DNA of 63,972 nucleotides, filler included, from Trypethelium eluteriae (Eukaryota): NCBI GenBank assembly GCA_051942245.1. It is 3 parts of 3 records of this genome, joined end to end, with 100 filler letters (N's around TTAATTAATTAA, not from the genome) between each part and the next. Parts side by side here need not be neighbours in the genome. Positions count along the whole stretch, not along the records: positions 44,370 to 63,972 come from JAVECL010000522.1; 2 more parts are not named here. One strand, 5' to 3'. Shown piece by piece: positions 62,069 to 63,972 of this stretch (position 1 is its first letter; each line of letters starts with the position of its first letter). The notes under the pieces were generated by a model. It saw only the letters and a program-made list of their open reading frames with translations, ran no database searches and was not told where the DNA came from. The position numbers and the translations under genes were made by a program.

Positions 62069-63972
62069 TCAAAGTGCAATCTCCTTGACCTCGCCTTTCC
62101 TTTCCATAATATTATATTCGATCCATCCTGCCGTCTTTCCCTTGCCATCCCTGACCATCTTCCCTGGATTCATAGCATGACAGCCCTCGTACGTAAGAGC
62201 AAATGGAGGCGCTTCAGAATCGGCCAGCACCAGTGTTGACGGCAGTGGATAGAGATGTAAGGAAGATGAATAGTCCCACAGGACCGGGCGTGTCGAAAGA
62301 GGAAACGGGGATAGATGAGATTGGTCCAAAATGGTGCGGACAAGCTTTCGTGCAGCGACAACGGAAGACGAAAGTGAGTCTTGGAATGTCGGGTTGATAT
62401 TTTCATGAGAGCTGTCAGTGTCCATCGCCTCTTCTCCTTGTGGCACTCCAGAGGCGAGCTCATCATTCGCTTCAGATTGCACTCGCTGGGTAGGGCCTTC
62501 TGTCTCTTCATCTTTGGTTTCAAAGTTTATGCATGTCCGTCTTAACCTTCCTGAAGTGTCATCTCTGAAAAAGACAATCTCTTCTGTCGGCCCGAACAAA
62601 CTGATTCTTACGGGATTGCTCGCCCAGACGACCTGCCCTTCTGTGGGTTTTGCGTCTTTTCCTCGATCACCTTCTCTGTTCGCTTCTGCGAATACTCTCC
62701 GTACCCGACTGGTGAAGATGTCTGGCACGGCTTGGCGAGGTACTGGAGTCGCTGCACCCGCCGAAAAAGCGCTTGCCCAGGGGTCGTTGTCGCCAGGAAC
62801 AAATACAAATGTTGTGTTCCGCAACAACTGTGGATATTCGGCCAACACACTTGCCAGCGCATCAAAGCATTCCTTATACTCGATCGACCCACTGCTGGCA
62901 CCCCCTGCCAGGGCCGCGTGCCTGACAAAATTTCCCAGCACAACGATCGAAACCGGCATCTGGCTTACGTTGAGCTCGGCGTACATACCTAAGATCTTCC
63001 GGAGCGCTTGTAAGGACCTCGGAACATCCAGCTCAATTTCTCCCAAAACCACGATCTTGTTGTTTCCTGCATGAGGAGCTTGGGTCTCATAGACGAGCTG
63101 TTGCATTTTTCTCATTCTACTGCCCACGGCTCTCTCACTTCCTAGCCCCAAAAAATCGGTCCACCCAAATCCACCATGCGCCTCTTGCGCCGCGTCCATG
63201 GTATCTGGAACCCCAAGACTTGAATTCCTTCGCTCGGCTGGTGGGTGAGCGATACTGAAAGCCACAAATCGTCCACCGACCGTGCCTCCCACGCCACCGA
63301 TATCGCCAAGAGTGCCACTAGCACTACTGCCGGCGCCATAACCTTGGGAATCTTCCTCATAGATGCCGTCGACGAGAACGATCATCCCAGGGCAGAACCA
63401 CGCGCCATCGATGCCAACTGTAGGCTGTGCGTGCTGCAAGCTCAGGCCAATACCACCCGTGAGGTCGGTAAGGAGGAGACCGCCAGTGGGAGACCGTGTG
63501 AGAAGTCCCAGTAAGAGATGAGACGAACCGGAGCGTCCCAGGAGGTTTGCAATTGGTGTGATGGTATAGTTTTGGCTGAGAGATGAGTCGGAGCGTGACA
63601 GGGAGTGTCGAGGTTGAGTTTGTAATGTCGGTGGCTGAAAGGACTCATTGCGTAGGAGCCGAGCATGTATGAGGTTGTATCGATTTCGAAAGAATGCGGT
63701 TTTGTGCGAGGGAGGTGGAAATAGGGAGGGCGGAGTTTGGATGCTGTATCGTAGTCAGTCTACCAAACATTAATCCTCACGCACTCCAGACACCCACTGC
63801 TCGAAATGCTTCTTCCCTACATTATACACCAACCGCGGTTGCTCAAACGCCCCAATCACTTTCATCCACGCCCTCGGATCGCGCCTCTCATCCTCCTCAT
63901 CCTCCACCTCCAACTTCGACATCCCAAAACTCGACTGCCGCTCCCCTATCCTCCCCCTCCCACCACCACCAC
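62069..63972 (-). CDS. DPB2: DNA polymerase epsilon subunit B, 5'-truncated by the window end; exons >63972-63798, 63743-62069
   Basis: WMKVIGAFEQPRLVY, FRNRYNLIHARLLRNESFQ, ITPIANLLGR, FVFVPGDNDPW, TILDQSHLSPFP, LHLYPLP, MNPG. Confidence 0.95.

Overview
Fungal (filamentous ascomycete) genomic DNA with short GT-AG introns, made of three contigs joined by two artificial 100-bp linkers (44N-TTAATTAATTAA-44N). Conserved genes: AP-1-like bZIP factor, lipoyl synthase (LIP5), EI24/Rrt8-like membrane protein, DPR-repeat dehydrin, Yae1, Zn2Cys6 factor, Cdc25-like rhodanese phosphatase, APSES regulator StuA, Mpe1 and Dpb2 (cut by the window end), plus two gap-truncated 3' fragments. Two accessory-looking blocks interrupt them. 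The 9.8-16.8 kb block has an ankyrin relic and a damaged AAA+ ATPase head-to-head with a P-loop-degenerate NACHT-like gene. The 23.5-33.2 kb block has a secreted chitin deacetylase, a pseudogene, an esterase and a large secreted protein. The best candidate for an undescribed system is that ~1028-aa secreted protein (29978-33123, minus): two tandem domains with a G-x-x-G-C-T-x13-H motif matching the Cys-His spacing of the CNF1 glutamine deamidase toxin, each bracketed by Kex2-type dibasic sites. Second is a probable non-AUG (GUG) N-terminal extension of StuA in an AUG-depleted leader. All family assignments come from motif recognition by eye; no searches were run.
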